DNA of 64,000 nt from an uncultured Rhodospirillaceae bacterium (GCA_903901915.1 CAIUSV010000065.1:432-64431), one strand, 5' to 3'; positions 47,580 through 58,295 are shown, numbered from the stretch's first letter. Numbers and translations: made by a program. The notes: generated from the letters alone by a model not told the origin.

Positions 47580-48113
47580 ATGGGAACCGATCCGTTCAGG
47601 ACCGATCCGTCCGGCTGGATGGTGCGTTTCGCGCCGCTGGTACGGCCGGGAGGAGCCGTGCTCGACCTCGCCTGTGGCGGCGGCCGCCACGCCCGGCTGT
47701 TCCTCGACCGCGGCCATCCGGTCACCGCGGTGGATCGCGATGTCGCCCAGGCCAGACTGGCCCACGGTGCCGAACTGATCGAAGCAGACCTGGAGGACGG
47801 CTCGCCCTGGCCGCTGCCGGGCCGGCGCTTCGCGGCGGTCGCGGTGGCCAACTATCTGTGGCGCCCGCTGTTTCCCGCCCTGCTGGCGACGCTGGAAGCC
47901 GGCGGCATACTGCTGATCGAGACCTTCGCCCGGGGCAACGAGGCGTTCGGCCGCCCGCGCGATCCCGCCCACCTGCTGGACCGGGGCGAACTTCTGCGCC
48001 TGATCGGCGACCTGACGATCGTCGCCTACGAGGACGGCATCCTGGACGGAGCCAAGGTGGTGCAGCGCGTCTGCGCCGTCAGCGGGCCGGGGCCGGCGGA
48101 GCTGCCGCGCTAG
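47580..48113 (+). CDS. Class I SAM-dependent methyltransferase
   Basis: VLDLACGGGRH, ADLE, ANYLWRP, ETFARGN. Confidence 0.88.
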   Translation: MGTDPFRTDPSGWMVRFAPLVRPGGAVLDLACGGGRHARLFLDRGHPVTAVDRDVAQARLAHGAELIEADLEDGSPWPLPGRRFAAVAVANYLWRPLFPALLATLEAGGILLIETFARGNEAFGRPRDPAHLLDRGELLRLIGDLTIVAYEDGILDGAKVVQRVCAVSGPGPAELPR

Positions 48114-48120
48114 CCCGCCC

Positions 48121-48948
48121 CTAGCGCTTCGGCACCGCGAACGGCCGGTCGTGCTCCAGGCAGGGAATCTTCTTGCGGGCATCCCCGACCTTGGCGGGAT
48201 CGATGTCGGCCATCACCCAGCCCGGCTGTTCCAGGGCATCGGCCAGGATCTCGCCCCACGGGCTGACGATCAGGGCATGGCCATAGGTCTGGCGGTTGTT
48301 GACATGCTCGCCGCACTGGGCGGGGGCGAAGACATAGCAGCCGGTCTCGATCGCCCGCGCCCGCAGCAAACTGTGCCAGTGGGCCTTGCCGGTGGTGCGG
48401 GTGAACGCCGCCGGCACCGCCAGAAAGGCGCAGCCGGACTTGGCCAGGGCGCGATACAGGTGGGGGAAACGCAGATCGTAGCAGATCGACAGCCCCAGCC
48501 GGCCCCACGGCAGATCCACCGCCACCGCCTGATCGCCGGGCTGGAAAGTGGCGGATTCCTTATAGACCTCGCCCAGACCGAGATCGACGTCGAACATGTG
48601 GATCTTGTCGTAGCGGGCGGCGATGCCGCCGTCAGGCGCCAGCACGAAGCCGCGGTTGGCGACCATGCCGCCGTCGAGCAGCACATGCAGGCTGCCGATG
48701 TGCAGCCACGCCCCGATTTCGCGTGCCAGATCGCGGAAGAACCGCAATGCCAGATGGTCTTCTTCCGGCATGGCCTTGAGCACGATATTGGAGCGGCCCC
48801 ACTCCATCATGGCGACGTTCTCGGGCATCAAGATCAGGTCGGCCCCGGCGGCGCGGGCCTCGACGGCGAGGCGGGCCGCCGCCTCGCAATTGGCCATCAG
48901 CTCGTTGGAGGCGTTGACCTGAAGGCAGGCCGCCTTGAACGTCTTCAT
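48121..48948 (-). CDS. Carbon-nitrogen hydrolase (Nit1-like)
   Basis: MPEN, YDKIHMFDV, ICYDLRFP, RAIETGCY, TYGHALIVSPWG. Confidence 0.93.
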   Translation of the reverse strand: MKTFKAACLQVNASNELMANCEAAARLAVEARAAGADLILMPENVAMMEWGRSNIVLKAMPEEDHLALRFFRDLAREIGAWLHIGSLHVLLDGGMVANRGFVLAPDGGIAARYDKIHMFDVDLGLGEVYKESATFQPGDQAVAVDLPWGRLGLSICYDLRFPHLYRALAKSGCAFLAVPAAFTRTTGKAHWHSLLRARAIETGCYVFAPAQCGEHVNNRQTYGHALIVSPWGEILADALEQPGWVMADIDPAKVGDARKKIPCLEHDRPFAVPKR

Positions 48949-49208
48949 TCGCCGCCCGCCAGCATGGGATCGAGCTTGCCGGCGCGATCGAGCTCATAAA
49001 GGTCGTCGCAGCCGCCGACATGAACGCCATCGATGAAGATCTGCGGCACCGAGCGCTTGCCGCCGGCCCGGTTGGTCATGTACTGCCGCAGGCCGTCGTC
49101 GGTGGTGACGTCGATCTCGGTATAGGTCACGCCCTTCTTGGCGAACAACTTCTTGGCGCGGACGCAATAGGGGCAGACTTCGGTGGTGTAGATCTCGATC
49201 TCGGCCAT
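48945..49208 (-). CDS. grxC: Glutaredoxin 3
   Basis: CPYC active site, SVPQIFI, GGCDDL. Confidence 0.95.
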   Translation of the reverse strand: MAEIEIYTTEVCPYCVRAKKLFAKKGVTYTEIDVTTDDGLRQYMTNRAGGKRSVPQIFIDGVHVGGCDDLYELDRAGKLDPMLAGGE

Positions 49209-49261
49209 GACCGGCTCCGGTTGTGATGTCGTGCCCTTTATAGCGCAGCTCCACCGATTTT

Positions 49262-49984
49262 CTAGCTCGTCCGCACCACGCGGCCCAGGGTCAACACATC
49301 GACATGACCGGCGCCGGCCCCCAGCAGCACCCTGGCGCACTCGCCGACGGTGGCGCCGCTGGTCAGGACGTCGTCCACCAGCACCACCCGGCGCCCCTCC
49401 AGCCGTACCCCGCCCTTGACCGTGAAGGCGCCGGCGACGTTGCGTTCGCGTCCTTCGCGGCCGAGATGTCCCTGCGGCCGGGTGCGACGGCGACGAATCA
49501 GCAGGTCGGGCGCCGCCGGAACCCCGGACAGGCGCCCCAGCGCCAGCGCCAGCACCGCCGCCTGATTGTAGCGCCGCGCCAGCAGCCGCCAGCGGTGCAG
49601 CGGCACCGGCACCAGCAGATCGGCACCGGCCAACAGTTCGGCGCCGGCACGGGCCATCCAGCGGGCGAAGGCCGGGGCGCCTTCCAAGCGGTCACCGTGC
49701 TTGAAGCGCAGGATCAACCCCCGGCTGGCGTCGTCGTAGCGAAATACCGCGCGGGCGCGGCCAAATCGCGGCGGCAGGGCGATGCAATCGCCGCACAGGG
49801 CGTCGGCGCCGGCATCGAACTCGAACGGCTGGCCGCAGACGGCGCAGTGGGGCGGCGCCAGGAACACCAGTTGCGACCAGCAGGCCGGACACAACGTACC
49901 CGGCTCGGCCACCACCGCGTGGCACGACAGACACAGCGGCGGCAACAGCGCATCCACCACGAGCCGACCGACACGCGCCAGCAT
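49262..49984 (-). CDS. comF: ComF family protein (zinc ribbon plus PRTase)
   Basis: CxxC pairs, VPVPLH..R...RRYNQA, VVLVDDVLTSGAT. Confidence 0.92.
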   Translation of the reverse strand: MLARVGRLVVDALLPPLCLSCHAVVAEPGTLCPACWSQLVFLAPPHCAVCGQPFEFDAGADALCGDCIALPPRFGRARAVFRYDDASRGLILRFKHGDRLEGAPAFARWMARAGAELLAGADLLVPVPLHRWRLLARRYNQAAVLALALGRLSGVPAAPDLLIRRRRTRPQGHLGREGRERNVAGAFTVKGGVRLEGRRVVLVDDVLTSGATVGECARVLLGAGAGHVDVLTLGRVVRTS

Positions 49985-50031
49985 TCGTCCCCCCTTTCCC
50001 GACATGGCTCGGGCATGCCATATAACCGCCC

Positions 50032-50847
50032 ATGAAAGTGTTCGATCGCTCGCTGGTGCGCAAGCACCGGGACCGCGCCGCCGCCGGTTTCGCCGCCCAC
50101 GACTTCCTGATCCGCGAGGTGGCGGAGCGGCTTGCCGACCGCCTGGATGACGTGACCCGGCGGTTTCCGCTGGCATTGGATCTTGGTTGCCACACCGGCG
50201 AGATCGCCGCCACCCTGGGCGGGCGCGGCGGCATCGAACAACTGGTGCAGTGCGACCTGTCGCCGGCCATGGCGGCGCGGGCGGCGGTCAACGGCCATCC
50301 CACCCTGGCGGTGGACGAGGAATGGCTGCCCTTCGCCCCGGCCAGCTTCGATCTGGTGATTTCCTGCCTGTCGCTGCACTGGGTCAACGACCTGCCGGGC
50401 ACGCTGGTGCAGATCCGTCGGGCGCTGAAGCCCGACGGCCTGTTCCTCGCCGCGGTGCTGGGCGCCGGCACCCTGGTGGAACTGCGCCAGTCGCTGATGG
50501 ACGCCGAACTGGCCGAGGAGGGGGGCGTCAGCCCCCGGGTCTCGCCCTTCGCCGACGTGCGCGACCTGGGGGCGCTGTTGCAACGCGCCGGCTTTGCCCT
50601 GCCGGTGGTGGACGCCGACGCCGTCACCGTCACCTATGGCGATCCCTTGCGGCTGCTGACCGACCTGCGCGGCATGGGCGAGGCCAACGCTTGTGTCGAA
50701 CAACGCAGGGGCCTCACCCGGCGGGCCACCCTGATGCAGGCGTTACAGGCCTATCAATCGGGCTTCGCCGGTGGCGACGGCCGCCTGCCCGCCACCTTCC
50801 AGGTGATGACCATGACCGGTTGGGCCCCCGCCGCCGGGCAGACATAG
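50032..50847 (+). CDS. SAM-dependent methyltransferase (BioC/NDUFAF5-like)
   Basis: ALDLGCHTG, DEEWLPF, LSLHWVNDLPG, PRVSPF. Confidence 0.9.
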   Translation: MKVFDRSLVRKHRDRAAAGFAAHDFLIREVAERLADRLDDVTRRFPLALDLGCHTGEIAATLGGRGGIEQLVQCDLSPAMAARAAVNGHPTLAVDEEWLPFAPASFDLVISCLSLHWVNDLPGTLVQIRRALKPDGLFLAAVLGAGTLVELRQSLMDAELAEEGGVSPRVSPFADVRDLGALLQRAGFALPVVDADAVTVTYGDPLRLLTDLRGMGEANACVEQRRGLTRRATLMQALQAYQSGFAGGDGRLPATFQVMTMTGWAPAAGQT

Positions 50848-50851
50848 CCCC

Positions 50852-51559
50852 ATGCGATTTCCCTTCCCCCTGGTCCGCGCCACGCTGATCCGCCGCTACA
50901 AGCGGTTCCTGGCCGACGTCCGCTTCGACTCGGGCGAGGAGGTCACCGCCCACCTCGCCAATTCCGGTGCCATGCTGGGAACCGCCGAGCCCGGCATGGA
51001 GGTCTGGCTGTCGCCGGCCGCCAATCCCGATCGCAAGCTGAAATGGACCTGGGAACTGGTGACGATCGGCGGCCATCTGGTCGGCGTCAACACCGCCCAC
51101 CCCAACGGCATCGTCGCCGAGGCGATCCGGGACGGCGCCATCCCGGAACTGGCGGGCTATGACAGCATCCGCCGCGAGGTCAAGTATGGCCGCAACTCGC
51201 GCGTCGACCTGCTGCTGGAAGCCGCCGGCCGTCCCGCCTGCTGGGTCGAGGTCAAGAACGTCCACCTCAAGCGTGGCGAATGGGCGGAATTTCCCGATGC
51301 CGTCACCCTGCGCGGCACCAAGCATCTCGGCGAACTGCGCGACCGGGTCGCCGCCGGCGACCGGGCGGTGATGGTCTATCTGGTGCAACGCGCCGATTGC
51401 ACCGGCTTCCGGCCGGCGGCGGACATCGACCCCACCTATGCCCGGACACTGGCCGAAGCGATGGGCGACGGCGTCGAAGCGATCTGTTATTGTTGCCGCT
51501 TAACCCTGGACGGCATCACTATCGGCGCTCCCCTGCCAATGACACCGCCTCGCCGGTGA
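50852..51559 (+). CDS. sfsA: DNA/RNA nuclease SfsA
   Basis: RRYKRFLADV, AHLANSGAM, VEVKNV, FPDAVTLRGTKHL. Confidence 0.95.
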   Translation: MRFPFPLVRATLIRRYKRFLADVRFDSGEEVTAHLANSGAMLGTAEPGMEVWLSPAANPDRKLKWTWELVTIGGHLVGVNTAHPNGIVAEAIRDGAIPELAGYDSIRREVKYGRNSRVDLLLEAAGRPACWVEVKNVHLKRGEWAEFPDAVTLRGTKHLGELRDRVAAGDRAVMVYLVQRADCTGFRPAADIDPTYARTLAEAMGDGVEAICYCCRLTLDGITIGAPLPMTPPRR

Positions 51560-51595
51560 TGCCGCCGGCACGCCAGACAGAACGGATCTGAATGA

Positions 51596-52402
51596 TTGAT
51601 GGAACGGGAACATAGCGAAACCTCTCATATCCGCTTGCACGGCCCCGCCGATTTCGAGGGTATGCGCCGGGCCGGGCGGCTGGCGGCGGAAACCCTGGAT
51701 TTCATCGCCCCCTATGTCGTCCCCGGCGTCACCACCGGTGAACTGGACCGGCTGTGCGCCGGCTTCATCATCGACCGTGGCGCCGTCAACGCGCCGCTGA
51801 ACTATCGCGGCTATCCCAAGTCGATCTGCACCTCGGTCAACCATGTGGTCTGCCACGGTATCCCCGGTGACCGCAAGCTGGACGACGGCGATATCATCAA
51901 TATCGACGTCACCCCCATCCTCGATGGCTGGCACGGCGACGCCAGCCGCATGTATTACGTCGGCAAGGTGGGCGTGAAGGCGTCCAAACTGGTCGAGGTC
52001 ACCTACGAATCGCTGATGCGCGCCATCGACGTGGTGCGGCCGGGCGCCACCCTCGGCGATATCGGCCACGCCATCCAAAGCTTCGTCGAGAAGCATCGCT
52101 TCTCGGTAGTCCGCGACTTTTGCGGCCACGGCCTGGGCCGGGTGTTCCACGAGCCGCCCAACGTCATGCATTACGGCCGCCCCGGCGAGGGATTGTCACT
52201 GGAAGAAGGCATGATCTTCACCATCGAGCCGATGATCAACGCCGGTCGCGCCGACACCAAGATCCTGGCCGACGGCTGGACGGCGGTAACCAAGGACAAG
52301 TCGTTGTCGGCCCAGTTCGAGCATTCCGTCGGCGTAACCGCCACCGGCTGCGAGATCTTCACCCGCTCTCCCGACGGACGCCACTGCCCGCCCTACGTCT
52401 AG
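51596..52402 (+). CDS. map: Methionine aminopeptidase type I
   Basis: SICTSVNHVVCHGIP, DASRM, FCGHGLG, FTIEPMIN, SAQFEH. Confidence 0.96.
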   Translation: MMEREHSETSHIRLHGPADFEGMRRAGRLAAETLDFIAPYVVPGVTTGELDRLCAGFIIDRGAVNAPLNYRGYPKSICTSVNHVVCHGIPGDRKLDDGDIINIDVTPILDGWHGDASRMYYVGKVGVKASKLVEVTYESLMRAIDVVRPGATLGDIGHAIQSFVEKHRFSVVRDFCGHGLGRVFHEPPNVMHYGRPGEGLSLEEGMIFTIEPMINAGRADTKILADGWTAVTKDKSLSAQFEHSVGVTATGCEIFTRSPDGRHCPPYV

Positions 52403-52557
52403 CCCGGGTGCCCGCATTTTTTCCATCGCTATGTGAACGTCGTCACACAGCGGGCTGGTCGAATGAGGTATGATCTTAGCTTCAACGCTTGGACTGACTT
52501 GTCCTGATGGGCAGCTCGGCCGGTGATCCTGGAGTTATCGGCCTGAAGGAGCCGACG

Positions 52558-53631
52558 ATGGTAGCGAATGCCACCGCCATGACCGATACCGCCACGGCGG
52601 TATTCAGAATCAACGGCACCCTTCAGGGGCCGGTCGTGGATATTCTTGGCCAGTTCCTGCCGGAATTGAAGGCACTGCCGCGCGAGCAGGCCTATGAACG
52701 CACCCTCGACGACCTCGGCCTCCTGAGCCGCTGCTTCCAGATTTTCGGCAAGGAGCGTCAGCGTTTTCGCTATGTCCTGGTGGACGAACGCCGCCGCCCG
52801 GTGACCGAGGACAATGTGCCGCTATCGTGTGGCCGCACCCTGGCGGAGGTGATCGCCATGGTGGTGCGCACCGCCGCCAAGCGCTATTTCCGCCGCACCT
52901 TGACCCCCGCAACGGCGGACGAGGCCCCCGACAGTTCGGCCGACGAGTTGTACGACGCCATCAAGGCCTATCTGCTGCACGACTGGCAGGTGCCGCTGGT
53001 TCCCGCTTATGCCGAGATGGAACCGGCGTTGGTGCGCCGGGTCGGCGCCAAGTTGCTCGACGCCCGCGAACCGGAAGCCCTGGCCCGACTGATCGCCGAC
53101 CCCGACGCCCCGGTCGTCCGCCCGACGACCATCGACACCACGTCAATTCCCGTGATGCCGTCCCTGTTCGCCCCGCTGTCGGTCAAGACCGAGCCGCCGG
53201 TGGCACGGGGCAATCCCCGCACCGTCCGCATGGAAGACATTCTGACCCCGGACGGCCAGCGCCTGCGGGCCGAGGCATTCACCCAGACCCTGCTTGACCC
53301 CGAGGTTCGCGCCGCCCTGCCCAACGCCGACCAGATCGTCAAGATCGGCGACGTGCTGCGGGGCGTCGGCGGCGCACCGGCGACCGCCCTGGTTGAGGGC
53401 CTGGGGCTGCGCCGCGACCAGCTGGCGGTGATGCTGATGGTTGCACAGGACAGCATCGGCAGCACCGTATTCGGCCGCCTGTTCGGACCACGGGCGGACC
53501 CCGAACTGGTAGGCCGTATCGTCGATCGCGCCCGGATGCGGGGATTGGGGCCGGAAACCGACGTGATCGACTGCGCCATCTTCATGCGCGGCGTGTTTGC
53601 CCGTTTCGGCCACCGCTCACGCCGCGACTGA
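52558..53631 (+). CDS. Hypothetical protein, paralog 1
   Basis: AAGGAG RBS; shares two conserved blocks with the downstream gene. Confidence 0.8.
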   Translation: MVANATAMTDTATAVFRINGTLQGPVVDILGQFLPELKALPREQAYERTLDDLGLLSRCFQIFGKERQRFRYVLVDERRRPVTEDNVPLSCGRTLAEVIAMVVRTAAKRYFRRTLTPATADEAPDSSADELYDAIKAYLLHDWQVPLVPAYAEMEPALVRRVGAKLLDAREPEALARLIADPDAPVVRPTTIDTTSIPVMPSLFAPLSVKTEPPVARGNPRTVRMEDILTPDGQRLRAEAFTQTLLDPEVRAALPNADQIVKIGDVLRGVGGAPATALVEGLGLRRDQLAVMLMVAQDSIGSTVFGRLFGPRADPELVGRIVDRARMRGLGPETDVIDCAIFMRGVFARFGHRSRRD

Positions 53632-53725
53632 CGCCGGGACGAGCGGCCACTGACACCGGTATAGCTTGGGTTTTTCACCCGTTCGCCTTACCTTTGGAGA
53701 GGTCGAGATTCGAACGGACAAGGGT

Positions 53726-54988
53726 ATGCCGCGCCTTCCTTCAGAGTCCCACGCCCAGATCGTCCGACAGATCAACCTGACCCTTGAAGGGCCGGTGGCG
53801 GAGGTCATGGCGCAACTGGTGCCTGACCTCAAGAAGCTGCCGCGCCGCGGCGTGCTGGAGCATATCCTCGACGACCCCGAACTTCTCGATCGCTGCTTCA
53901 AGGCCTTTCGCGCCAATACCGACAGGTTCCGCAGCCTGCTGGTGGACCAGCACAACGTGCCGGTGGATCAGGCCGACGCCCTGCTGGCCTGCGGCCGCAG
54001 CCTGGAAGACGTGGTCGCCATGGTGGTCCGCACCTGTGCCAAGCGCCATTTCCGCAAGCGTCTCGACGGTGACAGCCGCCCGCTGAAGGGGGGCCGGCGG
54101 CCACCGGCCAAACCCCATCACGACGGCGGCCTGATGGAACGCCTGGGGCGGCTGTTCGCCGCCGCCGAGACGACGCCGGTGCCCAAGCGGTCGCGCGGCG
54201 AAATTCTCTACGACGCCTTCCAGGAGCACCTGCGGCACGACTGGCAGGTCGGGCTGGTGCACGAATACTCCACCTTGTCGCCACAGCTGGTCCGCCGCCT
54301 GGGCAGCCGCATCCTGGACTACAAGGTCCCCGAGGACATCCGCCGGTTGAAGGAGAACCCCTCCGAGCTGCCGACGCCCTCGACCCTGCCCGAGGCCATT
54401 CCCGCCTTCCTGGGACCGGCCCAGGCCCGCGCCGACCGAAGCGGCGCGACCACCGCCAAGGACAAGCCCATCGGGGTAACGCCCACCGGCGGCGATGGTT
54501 CGGCCTCTCCCCCGGCCATGGCCCCGCCTCCCGCCGAGGCGCCGCAGGCCCCCACCAGCGACCGGCGCGCCCGTCTGGCCGAGATCCTGACCCCCGACGG
54601 CAAGCGACTGCGGGCCGCGGCCTTCACCATGGTGTTGCTGGACCCCGCCGTACGCAGCGTCCTGCCCAACGCCGAACAAACGGTGCGCATCTCCGGCCTG
54701 CTCACCGAGTTCGGCGGTCTGGCGGCCAAGATGGTGGTGGGAGAACTGGCGCTCCGGGTGGATCAGATGGCGGTTCTGGCACTGGTTCTGCACGACCAGA
54801 TGAGCGAGGACATGTTCCGCCGTTCGTTCGGCCTTCCCGGCAATCTGGACATGGTCGGCAAGTTCATCGAACGGGCCAAGGCCGCCGGCATCGGCCAGGA
54901 GACGCCGCTGTCCGAGATCGTCGCTTTCGTCCGCAAGACCTTCGGCGGCGCCAAGCCGCCGACCAAACCGCGGGCGGTGGTGATCTGA
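53726..54988 (+). CDS. Hypothetical protein, paralog 2
   Basis: Shares TL.GPV...LDD..LL.RCF...CGR.L..V.AMVVRT.AKR.FR and ILTPDG.RLRA.AFT..LLDP.VR with paralog 1. Confidence 0.8.
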   Translation: MPRLPSESHAQIVRQINLTLEGPVAEVMAQLVPDLKKLPRRGVLEHILDDPELLDRCFKAFRANTDRFRSLLVDQHNVPVDQADALLACGRSLEDVVAMVVRTCAKRHFRKRLDGDSRPLKGGRRPPAKPHHDGGLMERLGRLFAAAETTPVPKRSRGEILYDAFQEHLRHDWQVGLVHEYSTLSPQLVRRLGSRILDYKVPEDIRRLKENPSELPTPSTLPEAIPAFLGPAQARADRSGATTAKDKPIGVTPTGGDGSASPPAMAPPPAEAPQAPTSDRRARLAEILTPDGKRLRAAAFTMVLLDPAVRSVLPNAEQTVRISGLLTEFGGLAAKMVVGELALRVDQMAVLALVLHDQMSEDMFRRSFGLPGNLDMVGKFIERAKAAGIGQETPLSEIVAFVRKTFGGAKPPTKPRAVVI

Positions 54989-54995
54989 GCCGCCC

Positions 54996-55736
54996 TCAAT
55001 ACAGGTGCTGCCCGCCGGTAACGAACACTTCGGTGCCGGTGACATAGGCGAAGTCATCACCGCACAGGCGGAACACCGTGCCCGCGACATCGTCGGTGGT
55101 GCCCATGCGCTCCAGCGGGATACGCGGCACCAGCGCCTCGTAATCGGCCGAAATCATCGCGGTGCGGATCTCGCCCGGGGCGACCGCGTTGACCCTGACC
55201 CCCAGTTGCGCCATTTCCGCCGCCATCTCGCGCGTCAGCCCCGACAGCGCCGCCTTGGAGGTGGAATAGGCCGAACCGGCGAAGGGGTGAACGTAATGCC
55301 CCGCGATCGACGTGATGTTGACGATGGCCCCCTTGCCGCGATGCAGCGCGCTGGCGAAGCCACGCGCCAGCCGCAAGGGCGCGAAGAAGTTCAGCTCGAA
55401 CACATCCTTCCAGCCGTCGATGGAACCATTAAGCACCCCCAGCCGTTCGCGGTAGGGAGTCTTGAGGCTGATCCCGGCATTGTTGATCAGCGCATGCAGC
55501 GGCGCCTCGCCGAGGAAGGCGTTGGCCTGGATGACGAACGCCTCGGCGCTGGCCGGGTCGGCCAGATCGGTGACGATGTGCCGCGCCCAGTTGGGGTCGA
55601 TCATGCACGCGGCGGGAACCTCGGCCCGCGCGCAGGTGATCACCCGCCAGCCCTCGGCCAGGAAGCGCCGGGCGATGGCGTGGCCGATGCCCCGGCTGGC
55701 GCCGGTGACGACGACGGAGCGAACGCCGTCGCTCAT
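54996..55736 (-). CDS. SDR family oxidoreductase
   Basis: TGASRGIG, NNAG, YSTSK, VNAVAPG. Confidence 0.92.
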   Translation of the reverse strand: MSDGVRSVVVTGASRGIGHAIARRFLAEGWRVITCARAEVPAACMIDPNWARHIVTDLADPASAEAFVIQANAFLGEAPLHALINNAGISLKTPYRERLGVLNGSIDGWKDVFELNFFAPLRLARGFASALHRGKGAIVNITSIAGHYVHPFAGSAYSTSKAALSGLTREMAAEMAQLGVRVNAVAPGEIRTAMISADYEALVPRIPLERMGTTDDVAGTVFRLCGDDFAYVTGTEVFVTGGQHLY

Positions 55737-57502
55737 GGCCCAACCCTCTCCGGTTCCACCATCCGCAGGCTGGCATTACCCGGCCCGGCCAGGACCGACA
55801 GCCGCGCCAACAGCGGCTCGGCGGCGGCCAGGGTCCTGGCCACCACAGCCAACTGCCGCCGCTCGGCCACCGAACCGCCGGCGGCGTCGGCCAACAGCTC
55901 CCACAGCTTGCGCGGACGGGGGAAATCCACCAGTTGGATCGCCGTGTCGGGTTTCAGCCCCGCCGCCTCGCGCAGCACCGCCAGCGATTCATGCCAGCCG
56001 CCAAGGGCGTCCACCAATCCGAACGCCTTGGCGTCGGCGCCGCTCCACACCCGGCCGCGCGCCAGGGTGTCCATCCGCTCGGGCGGAATGCCGCGCCCCT
56101 CGGATGCCTTGGCGGTGAAGTCGGCGTAGATATGATCGAGCAGGGCATCGATCCGGGCCTGGGCCTGGGGCGAGAACGGCCGGTTGGCGCTCCACATGGC
56201 GGCGTTGTCGCCGCGATGCATCTCGTCCCAGCTCACCCCCAGCTTCTTCCAGAACTCCTCCATCACCAGCTTGCCGGTAAAGACGCCGATTGACCCGGTG
56301 ATGGTACCGGGCTGCGCCACGATGCGATCGGCGGCCATGGCGACGAAATAGCCGCCCGAGGCGGCAACGTTGCCCATGGAGACCACCACCGCCTTGCCCG
56401 CCTCGCGGGCGCGTTTGACCTCGTGCCAGACGGTATCCGAGGCGGTGTACGACCCGCCGGGGCTGTCCACCCGGAACAGAATGGCCTTGATCTGCTTGTC
56501 GTCCACCGCGTCACGCAACGCCTCGGCGACGGTCTGAGCGCCGAAATCGGTATCGGCGTCAAAACCGTGATGGGACTCGCCGCGATGGATGGCGCCGCTG
56601 CCGCTGATCAGAGCCACCTTGACCCCCTTGGGGTCGTCGAGATGGGCGGCGTAGTCGGCGACATCAAGGTCCTCGGCATCCTTGCCGTCGCCGGCGACGG
56701 CGGTCCAGGCCGCGTCACGGTAGCCGACACGATCCACCAGCCGCGCCGCCAGCGCCTCGTCCGCCAGGAACGGCCCCTTGCCCAGCAGCCCGCGCACCGT
56801 CTCGACCGGCAGGCCCCGCCCCTGGGCGATTCCATCGGCCATCTGCCCTGTCCACGAATCCATCAGCCGCCCGAGATTCTCGCGGTGGGCGGCGGTAAAG
56901 CCGGTCTCGGTGAACATGTCGATGGCCGATTTGTATTCATGCCGGGCCGAGAACTGGGCCTTGATGCCCAGCAGATCGAGGGTGCCCTTGATGAACGGAC
57001 TTTCCGCCATCATCCCGGTCAGGCCGACGTCACCCGACGGCTGCAGCCAGATCTGGCCGAAGGCGGAGGCAAGGTAATAATCCAGCGTGCCGGCACCGCC
57101 CTCGCCCATGGTCTCGGCAAACAGCACCGCCGGCTTGCCCGAGGCGCGAAACCGGCCGACGGCGTCGCGGATCTCCTGGCCGTCGGCAAATCCCAGCGAC
57201 GAATGACCCAGGGTGGCGAACAGGCCGACCACCCGCCGGTCGGCGGCCGCGGCATCGATCGCCTCGATCACCTGGCGCAGCGCGTAGGACCGCTCGCCGG
57301 CCAGCGCCGCCAGCGGATCGCCGTCGGGGGCCGCGCGGAACTTGGCGTCGAGATCGAGGGAAACCACCGCCCGCGCCGGCACGTCCTTTTCCGTCTTGCC
57401 GGCGACATGAACCGCCGCCCACACCCCCAGGCCGACCATCACCACGGCAACCAGACCGGTGACGGCGAACACGGCGACCAGAATTCGACCAAGACGGCGC
57501 AT
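55733..57502 (-). CDS. sppA: Signal peptide peptidase (protease IV)
   Basis: Tandem S49 domains, RVDSPGGS, MGNVAASGGY, TITGSIGV, GRVWSG. Confidence 0.93.
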   Translation of the reverse strand: MRRLGRILVAVFAVTGLVAVVMVGLGVWAAVHVAGKTEKDVPARAVVSLDLDAKFRAAPDGDPLAALAGERSYALRQVIEAIDAAAADRRVVGLFATLGHSSLGFADGQEIRDAVGRFRASGKPAVLFAETMGEGGAGTLDYYLASAFGQIWLQPSGDVGLTGMMAESPFIKGTLDLLGIKAQFSARHEYKSAIDMFTETGFTAAHRENLGRLMDSWTGQMADGIAQGRGLPVETVRGLLGKGPFLADEALAARLVDRVGYRDAAWTAVAGDGKDAEDLDVADYAAHLDDPKGVKVALISGSGAIHRGESHHGFDADTDFGAQTVAEALRDAVDDKQIKAILFRVDSPGGSYTASDTVWHEVKRAREAGKAVVVSMGNVAASGGYFVAMAADRIVAQPGTITGSIGVFTGKLVMEEFWKKLGVSWDEMHRGDNAAMWSANRPFSPQAQARIDALLDHIYADFTAKASEGRGIPPERMDTLARGRVWSGADAKAFGLVDALGGWHESLAVLREAAGLKPDTAIQLVDFPRPRKLWELLADAAGGSVAERRQLAVVARTLAAAEPLLARLSVLAGPGNASLRMVEPERVGP

Positions 57503-57644
57503 GGGGACTCCGAGGAAAGATCAGGCTCCTTCGGATGTAGTCCGCCCGCGACCAAAAGGGAAGGGCGACTAAAGCACCGCGTCCGCATTGACGCGCCCGA
57601 TGCCGCCCCCTAAATTCGCGGCCACCCCAGCAACCGGCCGGTCC

Positions 57645-58121
57645 ATGCGCCCCTTCGCCCTTTTCGCCCTCGTCCTTCTCGCCGCCATCCTGCCGGCTGG
57701 CGCCCAGGATTACGGACGCCCGGCGGCGCAAGTCGCCTTGCAGCCGTTGCCCGAGAACGCGACGCCGGACATCGACGCCCTGCTGAAGACCCACTGGCGG
57801 CCGTACTTCAATGCCGGCGGCCGCTATGGCTTCTTTCGCGATCAGGTCCGCGCCGGCCGCATCGACCTCGACGAGGACGGCCGCGCCGAATTGTTCCTGA
57901 TGATCGACACCCCCGACTGGCACTCGGACAAGGGGCAGCCCATGGTGGTGGCGCAGTGGACATCCAAGGGCTGGAGTCCCGTGGGCTGGGGTTTCGGCGA
58001 CCCCGACGGCGTTTTCGTCACCGCCCAGCGGGTGGAGGGCTGGGCCACCATCGAGACCCCGTCGCAGTGGTTGCGTTGGAACGGCGTCAGCTACCAAACC
58101 ATCGATCGCACGGGCCCCTAG
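57645..58121 (+). CDS. Secreted hypothetical protein
   Basis: Signal peptide; IDLDEDGRAELF Ca-binding-like motif. Confidence 0.7.
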   Translation: MRPFALFALVLLAAILPAGAQDYGRPAAQVALQPLPENATPDIDALLKTHWRPYFNAGGRYGFFRDQVRAGRIDLDEDGRAELFLMIDTPDWHSDKGQPMVVAQWTSKGWSPVGWGFGDPDGVFVTAQRVEGWATIETPSQWLRWNGVSYQTIDRTGP

Positions 58122-58295
58122 GATCGGTTTTGCTTGTAATTCCGCCATCATCGGCCCATTGTATTGCCGTCTTTCTACCTAACGTGCGAATCCTTACTGG
58201 GTTCCGGCGCCGAGACAGGTGTCATCGCTGGTCGAACGATCGAAACCCCGCATGAAGGCATGCGGGGCTAAACTTTGTTAATCTTGGAGACTCCC

